DNA from: Candidatus Hadarchaeota archaeon
GTDB lineage: Archaea; CAYQAE01; CAYVLA01
Assembly (NCBI GenBank): GCA_964621445.1
Contig: CAZUNO010000001.1
Coordinates: forward strand, 104,496 to 168,495
Direction: 5' to 3'
DNA length: 64,000 bases
The translations under genes were made by a program, and so were the position numbers. Under the pieces are notes generated by a model. The model was not told where the DNA came from, did not search any database, and saw only the letters and a program-made list of their open reading frames with translations. Positions 29,100 through 38,706 of this stretch are shown here, piece after piece; within the stretch, counting starts at the first letter, position 1, and each line of letters begins with the position of its first letter.

Positions 29100-30148
29100 C
29101 TTTCATCTCTCAGGGTTGCATCGGCAACGAAAATTGATTTTGATGGAGAGTATGATTCAACCTTTCTCAGGTCCTTTATTTCCAGATCCCATTTATGGTT
29201 AAGCTCCGTCCTAATTGTCTCTAAGGGATTATCATTTTCCAGTAGGCGGTAGTAATGAACGGTGCCCCCCGGCTTTAGGGATTCGAGAGCCGGTACCAGG
29301 TAGGTATTTGAGGATTTGGGTAGATTCATTATCACCCTGTCTGCTTTCCCCTGAAGATAGGCGATTCTTGGTGCTTCCTTCCCGGCGTCCCCAAGTATTG
29401 CGGTTACGCCACTCGTGCCGTTCATCCGGATATTACGGATAAGGTGCTTCATAGCGTGGGGGTTTATGTCGATTGCGAAAACCCGGGGTTCTTTTTCCGA
29501 TCTTGCAGCAATGGTGATGGAGAAGGGACCGACGCCAGCGAACATGTCTATGATGATATCTTCATCGTTGCATAGATTTCTGACCCTTTCCCTCTCCGTG
29601 GAGAGCCTAGGGTTGAAAAAGACATTGGAGAGATCAACGGAAAACTCAAGGCCGTTTTCCTTGTGTACGGTGCTAAGATCCCGTTTACCGGCTATGACTT
29701 CAAGTTCTTTTACCCTTTTCCTGCCCAAGGTGGGTGATCTCTTGACGGCAATGGTTCTAACCGGGAGCCATCTCAAAAGAACGTCCCCGATATCGCTCTT
29801 TATGCCTGAAAGCTCCGATGGCAATTCGATAACCGCTATACCTCCAATTATGTCATAAGAGCTGCCGATTAGTTCCAGTTCATGGGGGTCGAGCAGATCC
29901 TCCAAAGCCTCTTTAATGCATCTGGGCTTTTTACTCCTGGGTTGGAACCGGCGGGTTACCAGTTCCGCGCCTTTAAAGGATAATTCCCTCCTCACATCCG
30001 CTCCCTCCTTAACCGGAAAAATAACCTTTTCGCCCTCTCTGATTACCTTCTTTGACCCGTCGAGCAGTTCCAAAGAGGTAAGCATGCACTTGAGGTCCTC
30101 GGCCGCTTCTCGGTCAACCATGAGGCCTTTCGAGCATGGTCCTTCCAT
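29096..30148 (-). CDS. trm5: Trm5/Taw22-family tRNA G37 methyltransferase
   Basis: D.IG.IA, HKENG, FFNPRL..ER, DMFAGVGPF, IMNLP; start moved from 30187. Confidence 0.85.
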   Translation of the reverse strand: MEGPCSKGLMVDREAAEDLKCMLTSLELLDGSKKVIREGEKVIFPVKEGADVRRELSFKGAELVTRRFQPRSKKPRCIKEALEDLLDPHELELIGSSYDIIGGIAVIELPSELSGIKSDIGDVLLRWLPVRTIAVKRSPTLGRKRVKELEVIAGKRDLSTVHKENGLEFSVDLSNVFFNPRLSTERERVRNLCNDEDIIIDMFAGVGPFSITIAARSEKEPRVFAIDINPHAMKHLIRNIRMNGTSGVTAILGDAGKEAPRIAYLQGKADRVIMNLPKSSNTYLVPALESLKPGGTVHYYRLLENDNPLETIRTELNHKWDLEIKDLRKVESYSPSKSIFVADATLRDES

Positions 30149-30314
30149 CCATATGGCCTCTACCGTGGCGCTAATAATTGTCATCAACTTGAACCAGGGT
30201 GATCCTAGGGACGTAAGAGTAATAAGAAGTAAAAAGAGGTATGAAAATTGGATTTCGATGGGATCGCAGGAAGAAACGCCCCCCTACTGGAAATTTGGCG
30301 CCACTAGGTCAGAT

Positions 30315-31541
30315 ATGGGTAAAATATTTGTTTTGATTGGGGCGGTTTCTCTGTTTCTATCATGCTGCTTGGCTTCCGGGGAGAAGATCAATATCCTTTT
30401 GACTGGTCACTTCCAGGACCATTCCAATCAGCTCCCCAAATTTTTCCGGGAGGAACCGATCATAGAATATACAGGCGTGCCCACAAGAGGGGTTAAGGGT
30501 GGGATGGAAGTGTTGATGAAATTCATTCGTCAGTATTTTCCGAGGTCCTACCAGGAGATGAAGGAATATGACTTCATTTTCCTAAACTCCCCGGAGTATT
30601 ATGTGTTCACCACCAAGCAGGACAAGTGGATGCACGACGCAGTTTTGGAGGGGGCGGGCGGATTTAACGATGCCAGTGTTTTCAGCGTGATAACACAGAT
30701 ACACGGCGCCTGGGCCGCATCTCTTCTCCAGCAAGCATTCCCCAATGATGCCCCAGCAGTGGTGGCCCGAGGGGGCGGCGGGGAAAGTCCCCTAAATTAC
30801 TTTGCAGTGGTCATCAACAGGAATTTCCCGGACCCGGTTTTAACCCCCTTTATACCCTACGGGGTGGAGCAGGTGCCTGGCGACTGTTCCAGGTACGTTA
30901 TCCCCAGGGAGACCGCAGGGACCCTGGCCTGGCAGGTTGGGAATTTCCCTGGACATGGCAAGGTGCCTTTTATCGTGGTGTGGGATTACGGTGAGGGGCG
31001 GACGGTGACCACGGGGTCCTGCCTACATGCCACGGGTGGCTGGTTCAGCCGTCCCCAGAGCAGCTCCGACAACCAATACGCGGCGGAGATCTTCATGAAC
31101 CTGATCTTCTATTGCACGGACCGAAACCTGATTCAGGATGTGGAGGTCTTCCATAGATTGAAGTCCACGTTCAGGGAATTCAGGAACAAGATGGCAATAC
31201 TGATATCTCTAAAGGACTTCGTGGAGAGATTTGGAGCAAATACCCATAAGGTCCAGCAGAAGATATGGGACCTGGAGATCATGGAGGAGAAGGCCAGAAA
31301 CCATTATCTGAATCAGGAGTTTGTGGAGTGCGAATCAACCATGAACCAGGCCTTCGATTACTTCTCGGAAGCAGAAGAGGCAGCGAAGAAGCTGAAGGAA
31401 AGCGCCCTGTTATGGGTTTACGTAATAGAGTGGGCGGTTACCACGTCCGTCCTTCTCATATCCAGCTACATACTCTGGACGCTGATGGTAAGGAGGAGGC
31501 TCTACCAGGCGGTTAGAACCACCAAAATGCAGGAGAGTTGA
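30315..31541 (+). CDS. Exported protein with possible class-I glutamine amidotransferase-like domain, helical bundle and C-terminal TM anchor
   Basis: Signal peptide from MGKIF, VWDYGEGRT, C-terminal TM followed by RRR; ORF-track extension overlapping trm5 rejected. Confidence 0.65.
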   Translation: MGKIFVLIGAVSLFLSCCLASGEKINILLTGHFQDHSNQLPKFFREEPIIEYTGVPTRGVKGGMEVLMKFIRQYFPRSYQEMKEYDFIFLNSPEYYVFTTKQDKWMHDAVLEGAGGFNDASVFSVITQIHGAWAASLLQQAFPNDAPAVVARGGGGESPLNYFAVVINRNFPDPVLTPFIPYGVEQVPGDCSRYVIPRETAGTLAWQVGNFPGHGKVPFIVVWDYGEGRTVTTGSCLHATGGWFSRPQSSSDNQYAAEIFMNLIFYCTDRNLIQDVEVFHRLKSTFREFRNKMAILISLKDFVERFGANTHKVQQKIWDLEIMEEKARNHYLNQEFVECESTMNQAFDYFSEAEEAAKKLKESALLWVYVIEWAVTTSVLLISSYILWTLMVRRRLYQAVRTTKMQES

Positions 31542-31582
31542 GAAGGGGGTCCGCCATTACAATTGGAATTTTTGGTAATGCG

Positions 31583-31604
31583 GACGACTATTGGTCGTCT
31601 TTTT
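31583..31604 (+). terminator. Hairpin plus U-tract, terminator-like
   Basis: GACGAC-TATTG-GTCGTC-TTTTT, about 40 nt after the stop codon. Confidence 0.45.
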
Positions 31605-31640
31605 GAATGAACCTGAGTGATTAAGTAATGGGGTATTCAT

Positions 31641-31874
31641 TTGAAATGGTTAAGATGTTCAAATTGTGGAAACGACCTATTTAGGATAAGCAAGACTGGA
31701 ACCGCGAAATGCTCAGAATGTGGAGCTGAGCTGGATCCCTGTTCAGGGGATGGTGGGGGTACCAAGCCGGGCGGCCCGGTTAAAAAACCTGATTTGCCAA
31801 AACACCCCGATATAAAGGGGCCCCTATGGTATTCCAAGGGCGGGGACAGGAAAAATTCCCCCGGCAGGGAGTGA
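31641..31874 (+). CDS. Small Zn-ribbon protein with Gly/Pro/Lys-rich tail
   Basis: CSNC...CSEC. Confidence 0.55.
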   Translation: MKWLRCSNCGNDLFRISKTGTAKCSECGAELDPCSGDGGGTKPGGPVKKPDLPKHPDIKGPLWYSKGGDRKNSPGRE

Positions 31875-31992
31875 TTCGGCCTGCGGAAACAGATAAGAGA
31901 CCGATAACCGATTGGTATCGGCGGGACCGATAAATCGTTCCCTCCAAGAAAACCTGATTCAATCTATTCAGGCGTTGTAGGAAAGGTTCAAA

Positions 31993-33288
31993 TTGAGCAC
32001 TTTAGTTCGCCAGGTCAAGGACAACGGGCTGAACGAACAGCTGGAAAGTCTGGCAGATAGGGAGGATATTCCACCCGGAAGATTTGCCAGATCGATAGCC
32101 GAAGGCAGGTTGGTAGTGCCCTGGAATACCATGAGGGAGAACATAGATCCCGTGGCCATAGGTGAGGGTGCTAGGGTAAAGATAAATGCGAATTTAGGTA
32201 CATCAAAGGATATCAGCGAAATCGACGAGGAAATGGCCAAAGCAAAGGTGGCTTTGGAAAGCGGTGCCCATACGTTAATGGACCTAAGCACTGGTGAAGA
32301 TACTGACTCACTTCGCCGATATCTACTATCAAGCTTTTCCTGCCCGCTGGGAACCGTCCCGGTTTACGATGCGGCAATACAGGCCCGTAGAAAGGAGGGG
32401 AGCATAATTGACATGGATGAGGACCACATTTTCTCCTCTGTCGAGAAGCACGCAAGGGATGGCGTCGATTTTCTCACCCTCCATGCGGCGGTGACCAAAA
32501 GAACCGTGGATGCCCTGAGGACCTCAGGAAGAATACTGGGAGCGGTTTCCAGAGGGGGTGCCTTCATGGCAGCTTCGATTATACACTCCGGCCAGGAGAA
32601 CCCTCTTTACAGGAATTACGACTATCTCCTTGACCTGGCCTCGGAATACGACTTCACAATTAGCATAGGGGATGGCTTACGTCCTGGTGCCATACATGAC
32701 GCATCGGATCGCGCCCAACTGGAGGAGTTGATGGTATCTTCCGAACTCGTTAGCAGGGCGCGGGACAGGGACGTGCAGGTGATGGTTGAGGGTCCAGGAC
32801 ACATGGCCATGAACGAGATAGAGGCAAACGTGAGAATAGAGAAGAGGGTTTGTGACGGGGCGCCCTTCTACGTTCTTGGTCCACTGGTGACGGATGTCGC
32901 CCCGGGGTTCGACCACATAACTGGAGCCATCGGCGGGTCCATCGCGGCTATGTCGGGGGTGGATTTCCTATGTGTGGTTACCCCGGCCGAGCACCTCTGT
33001 TTACCCGATGCCCAGGACATTAAGGAGGGGGTAATTGCAGCAAGGATAGCGGCGCATGCGGCTGAGGTCGCCCACGGGAGGAATCGAAGCTGGGATGATT
33101 CAATTTCTCGTGCCAGACAGAAACTTGATTGGGAACGTCAAAGGGAATTATCAATGGATGGCTCGGAATTTGACAAAAGGCGTTCCGATAGACCCTCGGA
33201 TGACCCCAGCGTTTGCAGCATGTGCTCTGACCTCTGCGCAATCAAGTTACTGGAGGAATACCTCAAGCAAGGAAAAGACGGGTGTTGA
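31993..33288 (+). CDS. thiC: Phosphomethylpyrimidine synthase
   Basis: KINANLGTS, MDLSTG, SRGG, GDGLRPG, EGPGH, TPAEH, CSMCxxxC. Confidence 0.93.
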   Translation: MSTLVRQVKDNGLNEQLESLADREDIPPGRFARSIAEGRLVVPWNTMRENIDPVAIGEGARVKINANLGTSKDISEIDEEMAKAKVALESGAHTLMDLSTGEDTDSLRRYLLSSFSCPLGTVPVYDAAIQARRKEGSIIDMDEDHIFSSVEKHARDGVDFLTLHAAVTKRTVDALRTSGRILGAVSRGGAFMAASIIHSGQENPLYRNYDYLLDLASEYDFTISIGDGLRPGAIHDASDRAQLEELMVSSELVSRARDRDVQVMVEGPGHMAMNEIEANVRIEKRVCDGAPFYVLGPLVTDVAPGFDHITGAIGGSIAAMSGVDFLCVVTPAEHLCLPDAQDIKEGVIAARIAAHAAEVAHGRNRSWDDSISRARQKLDWERQRELSMDGSEFDKRRSDRPSDDPSVCSMCSDLCAIKLLEEYLKQGKDGC

Positions 33289-33289
33289 T

Positions 33290-34318
33290 ATGTCGAATAA
33301 TACGGTATCGATAGTGGGCGGTACCGGATATACCGGTGCTGAATTATTAAGGATACTGACCGGACATCCATCCATTGAGGTGGAACACGTCACTTCTCGG
33401 CGAATGGCTGGTACAAAGGTGTGTTCGAGGCTGCCCAATATTACCAATCGTGATTTGGAGTTTGAAAAGCCCGATCCGGCCCTCTTAAAGGAATCGGATG
33501 TCGTATTTACTTGCGTTCCCCACACGGCGGCCATGAATATCGTGCCCGAAATCATCGATGAGGCAAAGGTTGTGGACCTCTCGGCAGACTACAGGATAGG
33601 GAACAGAAAAGTCTACGAATCAGTATACGGCGTGGAACATACCAGCCCGGAACTGGACTCGGTATATGGGCTCCCCGAAATCCATGGTGAGGAGATAAAG
33701 AATACAAATCTGGTGGCAAATCCGGGTTGCTATCCAACGAGCGCCATACTTGCCCTGGCTCCTCTCTTTTCAGAAGGCATATTGGGCACAAGTGACCCGG
33801 TAGTGATAGATGCCAAATCAGGTAGTTCGGGTGCGGGAACTGGCCTGACCTTTGTTACCCATCACCCGGAGGTTTTCGGTTCCATAAAGCCCTACAAGGT
33901 CTCCACCCATAGGCACATGGCTGAGATGGACCAGGAGCTCTCCCTCATTGGCAATTGTGAGGTTACGGTTAATTTCACCCCCCACCTTGTGCCCATATCC
34001 CGAGGCATACTGACCACATGTCACGCCTTCTCCTCCCAGGACCAGGCGGAGGAGGATGTTAGGGAGTTGTACCATGATTTCTATCAGGGGTCGCCCTTCA
34101 TTAGGCTAAGGGATTCGGTACCCGATCTGAGAGGGGTGATCGGGTCTAACTTCTGCGATATCGGTCTGGAGGTGGATGAGAGGACAGGCAGGTTAATCAT
34201 CGTGTCGGCCATTGATAACCTGACAAAGGGGGCGTCCGGTCAAGCTGTTCATAACCTGAATCTAGTGTTGGGTAAAAGGGAAACCGAGGGCCTGGAGTTC
34301 CTGGGGTTATACCCCTGA
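33290..34318 (+). CDS. argC: N-acetyl-gamma-glutamyl-phosphate reductase
   Basis: GGTGYTG, DLSADYR, ANPGCYPT, SGAG, DNL.KGASGQA; start at MSNN. Confidence 0.95.
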   Translation: MSNNTVSIVGGTGYTGAELLRILTGHPSIEVEHVTSRRMAGTKVCSRLPNITNRDLEFEKPDPALLKESDVVFTCVPHTAAMNIVPEIIDEAKVVDLSADYRIGNRKVYESVYGVEHTSPELDSVYGLPEIHGEEIKNTNLVANPGCYPTSAILALAPLFSEGILGTSDPVVIDAKSGSSGAGTGLTFVTHHPEVFGSIKPYKVSTHRHMAEMDQELSLIGNCEVTVNFTPHLVPISRGILTTCHAFSSQDQAEEDVRELYHDFYQGSPFIRLRDSVPDLRGVIGSNFCDIGLEVDERTGRLIIVSAIDNLTKGASGQAVHNLNLVLGKRETEGLEFLGLYP

Positions 34319-34327
34319 GGTGATGGA

Positions 34328-35557
34328 GTGCGGTTCTTTGAAGGAGGCATAACTGCTCCCAATGGGTTTAAGGCCAGCTCCTGTTCAAGCGGTATAAAGG
34401 CATCCGGCCGGGACATCGCTCTTATAGATAGCACCGTTGAAGCCAATTGTGCGGGCTTGTTCACCACCAATGCGGTAAAGGCGGCCCCGGTCCTAGTCAC
34501 CATGGAACATCTCGGGGCATCTGGAGGCCTGGCTAGAGCGTTGGTGGTGAATTCGGGCAACGCTAATGCCTGTAATGGAGAGCAGGGATTGAAGGACGCG
34601 GGGCGTATTGCCTCCTGCTTCTCGGAGCGACTTGGAACCTCCCCCGAACGAATCCTGCTGGCCTCGACTGGGGTTATCGGAAGAAGGTTACCGGCCGAAA
34701 AGATTCTGACAAGTGCTGATCGGTTGGTAAAAGGTCTTTCAGGTGATAGGCAGTCATCGCATGAGGCTGCGCTGGCAATTATGACCACTGACACCGTGCC
34801 CAAGGAGGTGGCTCTGGAGCTGGAGATAGGTGGTAAGAAGGTAAGGATAGCCGGCATGGCCAAGGGGGCTGGAATGATCCATCCCAATTTGGCGACCATG
34901 CTGGCATTCGTGACCACCGATGCTGGAATGAAACCCCGGACCTTAAAGAATTCCCTGGAACGGGCCGCCGATACCAGCTTCAATATGATCACCGTTGACG
35001 GTGATATGAGCACCAACGACACCTTATTGGCAATGGCCAATGGGAGGTCCAGAGCCCCAAATATAGTATCAAATAGCGCCGAGCATGCTTTGTTCACCAG
35101 GGGCCTGGCCCGTGTCTGTATTAATCTAGCGAAATCCCTGATCCGGGACGCGGAGGGATCCAACCACCTGTTTGAGATCAGGGTAAAGGGGGCGGCCAGC
35201 CCGGAGGATGCAAAGATCTGTGCGAGGAGTATTTCACGCTCAAACCTGGTTAAATCGGCTATTTTCGGACAGGATCCTAACTGGGGTAGGATCATGGCTG
35301 CCGCAGGATATTCGGGGGCGGAGATTGATCAGGAGAGTGTGTGTATAGGGTTATGCTCCGATAGCGGCGAAATTATCGACTGGGTAAAAAACGGCCAACA
35401 GATCTCCGAGAAGAGAAACCAGAAGGCCAAGGATATACTCGCCCTGCCCTCATTTAGAATTGAGGTGGACCTGGGACTAGGCCCTCATGAGGCGCTGTCC
35501 TGGGGATGCGATCTCTCATACGATTATGTGAAGATTAACTCAGAATACACTACTTAA
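34328..35557 (+). CDS. argJ: Ornithine acetyltransferase
   Basis: NSGNANA, MTTDT, KGAGMIHPNLATML, DGDMSTND, NSEYTT. Confidence 0.95.
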   Translation: MRFFEGGITAPNGFKASSCSSGIKASGRDIALIDSTVEANCAGLFTTNAVKAAPVLVTMEHLGASGGLARALVVNSGNANACNGEQGLKDAGRIASCFSERLGTSPERILLASTGVIGRRLPAEKILTSADRLVKGLSGDRQSSHEAALAIMTTDTVPKEVALELEIGGKKVRIAGMAKGAGMIHPNLATMLAFVTTDAGMKPRTLKNSLERAADTSFNMITVDGDMSTNDTLLAMANGRSRAPNIVSNSAEHALFTRGLARVCINLAKSLIRDAEGSNHLFEIRVKGAASPEDAKICARSISRSNLVKSAIFGQDPNWGRIMAAAGYSGAEIDQESVCIGLCSDSGEIIDWVKNGQQISEKRNQKAKDILALPSFRIEVDLGLGPHEALSWGCDLSYDYVKINSEYTT

Positions 35558-35566
35558 GGAAAATGG

Positions 35567-36265
35567 TCAACAATCCAAATTCTCTGTCTGAAGACCGGTA
35601 AGATACTTCTTCAACAAATTACGAACCGGATATAAGTCCTTCGACCTTATGACTGCCGAGGCAAATCCCTCCAGTTCGGTGGATTTTGGGTTGAAGGCCA
35701 CCGAATATGCCGCCTCCTTGAACATGGAAAGGTCATTCATGTCATCTCCGACACATGCCCATCTGTTTGGCTGAATACCCCTGGCTTCTCCCAATCGACG
35801 CAAGACTCTTCCCTTTTCCTCGAAACCACAGTTCACCCGTACATTTCCAGTTATCCTTCCGTTTTTCATCTCCACTTCATTGGCAATCACCGTATCTATA
35901 CCCAAGGCCCGGCCTACCGTCTTGGCGATGGAAAGTATTCCGGTGCTGATAATGATGGGTTCCACCGCGATTTCACGCATATCTGTTATGAGTTGGTTAG
36001 CGCCGGGGGTTATGTCCATCCTTTGAAGATATTCCTTAATAGGTTTAGAGTCCATACCTTTCCACAGTTCCGCATCCATTCTGGCCCAGGTCTCATAGTC
36101 TATCTGGCCCGAGAAATAGAGCCCCATGTTCCTTTTGCGGCCTTCATTTGTTCCTAGGATACGATGGTAGGCATCCCAGCTAGATTGATTAGGAAGAAGT
36201 ACGCCGTCGAGATCTAGTGCCAGAAGCCCTTGGGATTTCAATCGTGGATCCCCTTCAAGTAGCAT
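35567..36265 (-). CDS. HAD-IB phosphoserine-phosphatase-like hydrolase
   Basis: DLDGVL, ISTG, K, VGDDMND, AFNP. Confidence 0.8.
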   Translation of the reverse strand: MLLEGDPRLKSQGLLALDLDGVLLPNQSSWDAYHRILGTNEGRKRNMGLYFSGQIDYETWARMDAELWKGMDSKPIKEYLQRMDITPGANQLITDMREIAVEPIIISTGILSIAKTVGRALGIDTVIANEVEMKNGRITGNVRVNCGFEEKGRVLRRLGEARGIQPNRWACVGDDMNDLSMFKEAAYSVAFNPKSTELEGFASAVIRSKDLYPVRNLLKKYLTGLQTENLDC

Positions 36266-36765
36266 CTCATTTTGACCGTGGTGCCCTCGACCTTTCGGCA
36301 GTCACATGAGACCTTTCGGGCGATTGCCTCCACTTCAGAAAATCTATCTTCGAGGCCAGGAGCAAGAACATATACCATGGTGGAGATTTGGGAGAACATC
36401 TTCCCCAGAATTTTTTTCTTCATTTCACCCGTAAAACGTTCAATGCCAAAAATGAGATCAAATTCATCCAGCCAGCCGTTTGTCAGGTATAATTCATCGG
36501 GCCTTGGTTCAAAGTTCTCGGTTAATAGATCAATGCAGTTAAGATCTTGATTGATTTGGACTCCAAGACCTTTCATAGAATCCTGTAGCCCTCCGCAATC
36601 CCCACATACCAGGGCGCAATGGCCATCTAACTTTGATTTCACGTATTCAGCGAATTTTTGGCGAGGAAGGCGGTGGCACAGCGGTTGAAAAAAATCAACC
36701 TCAGCGTCCGACGCCGATTCCAGGATCTCCTCCTTAAGCACACGACATGCCAATATCTTAGGCAT
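36238..36765 (-). CDS. DUF1638-like protein
   Basis: IxC.VL..E, H..P, GDCGG, NCIDLL, YLT.GW. Confidence 0.7.
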   Translation of the reverse strand: MPKILACRVLKEEILESASDAEVDFFQPLCHRLPRQKFAEYVKSKLDGHCALVCGDCGGLQDSMKGLGVQINQDLNCIDLLTENFEPRPDELYLTNGWLDEFDLIFGIERFTGEMKKKILGKMFSQISTMVYVLAPGLEDRFSEVEAIARKVSCDCRKVEGTTVKMRCYLKGIHD

Positions 36766-36793
36766 GTGTTGTCATAGGGGGTGAGTTGAAAAA

Positions 36794-38110
36794 ATGTTCG
36801 CGGATAGGGTGACATTTTTGAGCCGCCACTCAAATAACGGCGGGATGATTGGATCTATGAGGTCATCTAAACCCCTGGTATGGATACTGATTATTGTGTT
36901 TGGTTTCCAGGCGACGGTTATGGGTTTCGCGGACCTGGAGGTTCGGGACGACTGGGCGATAACAGACAAGCAGGTGGTTCAGGGAGAGACACGCCTTTAC
37001 GCGGGAAATATAACGGTTGAGAGCGGCGGAGAGCTTCTACTGGACGAGGCGGTGTTCGTGTTTAATTCAACGGAGGACAAGCACTTTGGAATTCTGGTGG
37101 AGGAAGGAGGCACGATTCGAATAGAAAACTCCAGGATCAGGACCGTAAACCAGAGCATAGGATTTGCCTTCTTCGCGTACGGATCGGTAGACATCAAGGG
37201 ATCCAATTTTGAGAGTATCTATGATTCAACACTGAATCGAACCTGGATGGGAGGCTTTAGGATTTTTTCCGATGATCCAGTAATTGAGGACTCTACCTTC
37301 ACCGGAGGAAGAAGATACGGTGTTCGTTTTGAGGGCTGTGAGAACATTCGTTTTGTGAATAATGTCATTAGAGAAACCAGTACCGCCCTGTCGGTGACCG
37401 AAAGCAGCGGGGTAATCAGTGGTAACTGGCTCCATGGTAATAGCGATCGACAGGTTTTCGTGAAAAGGTGCGGAAATATGGATTTCCAGTCCAATATCTT
37501 GAATGGAACCGGAATGGCGGGCCTGGTCCTGATAAATTCAACCGAGTTCCAGAGCTCGGATAACGTTCTTGATGGAGGCTTCTACGTGGTCTATGCCAGT
37601 GGGTCCCAGGGTGAGTTTATGGGAGATGAGCTTTACGGCGATTATGTCGTCCTTGAAGGCAGGGATAATTCGGAGATAAAGATGTTCAACTGCCTGGCAA
37701 ACGTTTCCAAGATACAGGCTAAGAGCGGGTCAACCATTTCCTTCCAGAAAACCGTGAATCTCAGGGTCGTGCGGGGGGGAAACCCGGTGGAGAATGCAAT
37801 CGTTGAGATCCAGGATGCTGATGGCTCGGTGGTTGCTGAAGGCAGGACCAATAGTTCGGGATTAGCTTCTTTCAAGATGATCGCCATGAGGGCAAGTGAA
37901 TCCGGGGTCGAGAACAGTGACCCCCATCAGTTCAAGGCGGTTAAAGGCCTATTTTCCTCTTCAGGTCAGGCGAATATATCTACGGACAGCCGAATTGAGC
38001 TGGAAATGAAGTTGCCATGGCTATTCATTGGAGTTGGAGCCCTGGTTGCGATACTGGTGATACTGGTTGTTTTCATGCCCAGCCTGAGATCAGGCAAGAA
38101 AAAACGTTAG
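36794..38110 (+). CDS. Exported right-handed beta-helix (NosD/pectin-lyase-like) protein with Ig-like domain and C-terminal TM anchor
   Basis: Signal peptide, Asn/Gly/Ser beta-helix repeats, 'PVENA.V.I...TNSSG', TM followed by KKKR. Confidence 0.75.
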   Translation: MFADRVTFLSRHSNNGGMIGSMRSSKPLVWILIIVFGFQATVMGFADLEVRDDWAITDKQVVQGETRLYAGNITVESGGELLLDEAVFVFNSTEDKHFGILVEEGGTIRIENSRIRTVNQSIGFAFFAYGSVDIKGSNFESIYDSTLNRTWMGGFRIFSDDPVIEDSTFTGGRRYGVRFEGCENIRFVNNVIRETSTALSVTESSGVISGNWLHGNSDRQVFVKRCGNMDFQSNILNGTGMAGLVLINSTEFQSSDNVLDGGFYVVYASGSQGEFMGDELYGDYVVLEGRDNSEIKMFNCLANVSKIQAKSGSTISFQKTVNLRVVRGGNPVENAIVEIQDADGSVVAEGRTNSSGLASFKMIAMRASESGVENSDPHQFKAVKGLFSSSGQANISTDSRIELEMKLPWLFIGVGALVAILVILVVFMPSLRSGKKKR

Positions 38111-38114
38111 GCAA

Positions 38115-38693
38115 CTAGGAGCCAAAACGAGAGAAAAAGTTCTTTATTGAACCAAGGAGATCGGCTTCGGGCTTCTCGCCCAGGACCTTGATCTTGTAAC
38201 ACTTGGTGCATAGAGAGTCCTCACTTCTATAACAGTCGGGGCAGACCCCTCTCCCGCACTCGGGGCATATTTTCTGGCTATTTATGTCCAGGGGCTGTCC
38301 ACAGTTGGGGCATACGCGTCTTGCTGCGCTTGCTCCGCGTTCATTAATTGTAGAAAGGGACGATACGATGTTTTTCAGCTGTTCATCAGCTAGGAAGCCC
38401 TGTCTGTTTGCGGCTATTATGGTGGCCACGACATGGGGGCATATCGTTCCCGGGGGCTGGGGACATGCCTTACATCCTGGTTTTGTGGAGTCCATTGAGA
38501 ATTCTACCTTGGTTTCGCTCTTCGATATGGAGGCCGCCGCGAAATCATTGAATCCCATGGTCCCATTCTCCTGTCTAACCATCCGGTGGTCCTTTTCGAG
38601 CTTGACCCCACCGTCAGCTAGTCTGAGGCCTTTATCTATAACCTGGTCCTCGAATCGACCTCTCAACAGACTAAGGAGTTCTTCCTCCTCCAT
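38115..38693 (-). CDS. SWIM-like Zn finger plus 8-Cys double Zn finger protein
   Basis: CKAC...CPHVVA; CxxC-x11-CxxC-x4-CxxC-x7-CxxC. Confidence 0.7.
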   Translation of the reverse strand: MEEEELLSLLRGRFEDQVIDKGLRLADGGVKLEKDHRMVRQENGTMGFNDFAAASISKSETKVEFSMDSTKPGCKACPQPPGTICPHVVATIIAANRQGFLADEQLKNIVSSLSTINERGASAARRVCPNCGQPLDINSQKICPECGRGVCPDCYRSEDSLCTKCYKIKVLGEKPEADLLGSIKNFFSRFGS

Positions 38694-38706
38694 GCCTTAC
38701 CACAGC

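Noticed and set aside
29916-30314. N-terminal extension of the 541-aa ORF
   Set aside because: Largely antisense to trm5; the signal peptide starts at 30315
31945-31985. TPP riboswitch before thiC (AACCTGAT...GTAGGAA)
   Set aside because: No CTGAGA element or P2/P3 arm, and the P5 stem does not form
33056-33289. ThiC-ArgC overlap or frameshift fusion
   Set aside because: ThiC is complete and ArgC has its own ATG at 33290
34249-35295. 348-aa antisense ORF opposite argJ
   Set aside because: Codon-mirror shadow of a conserved gene with no motifs
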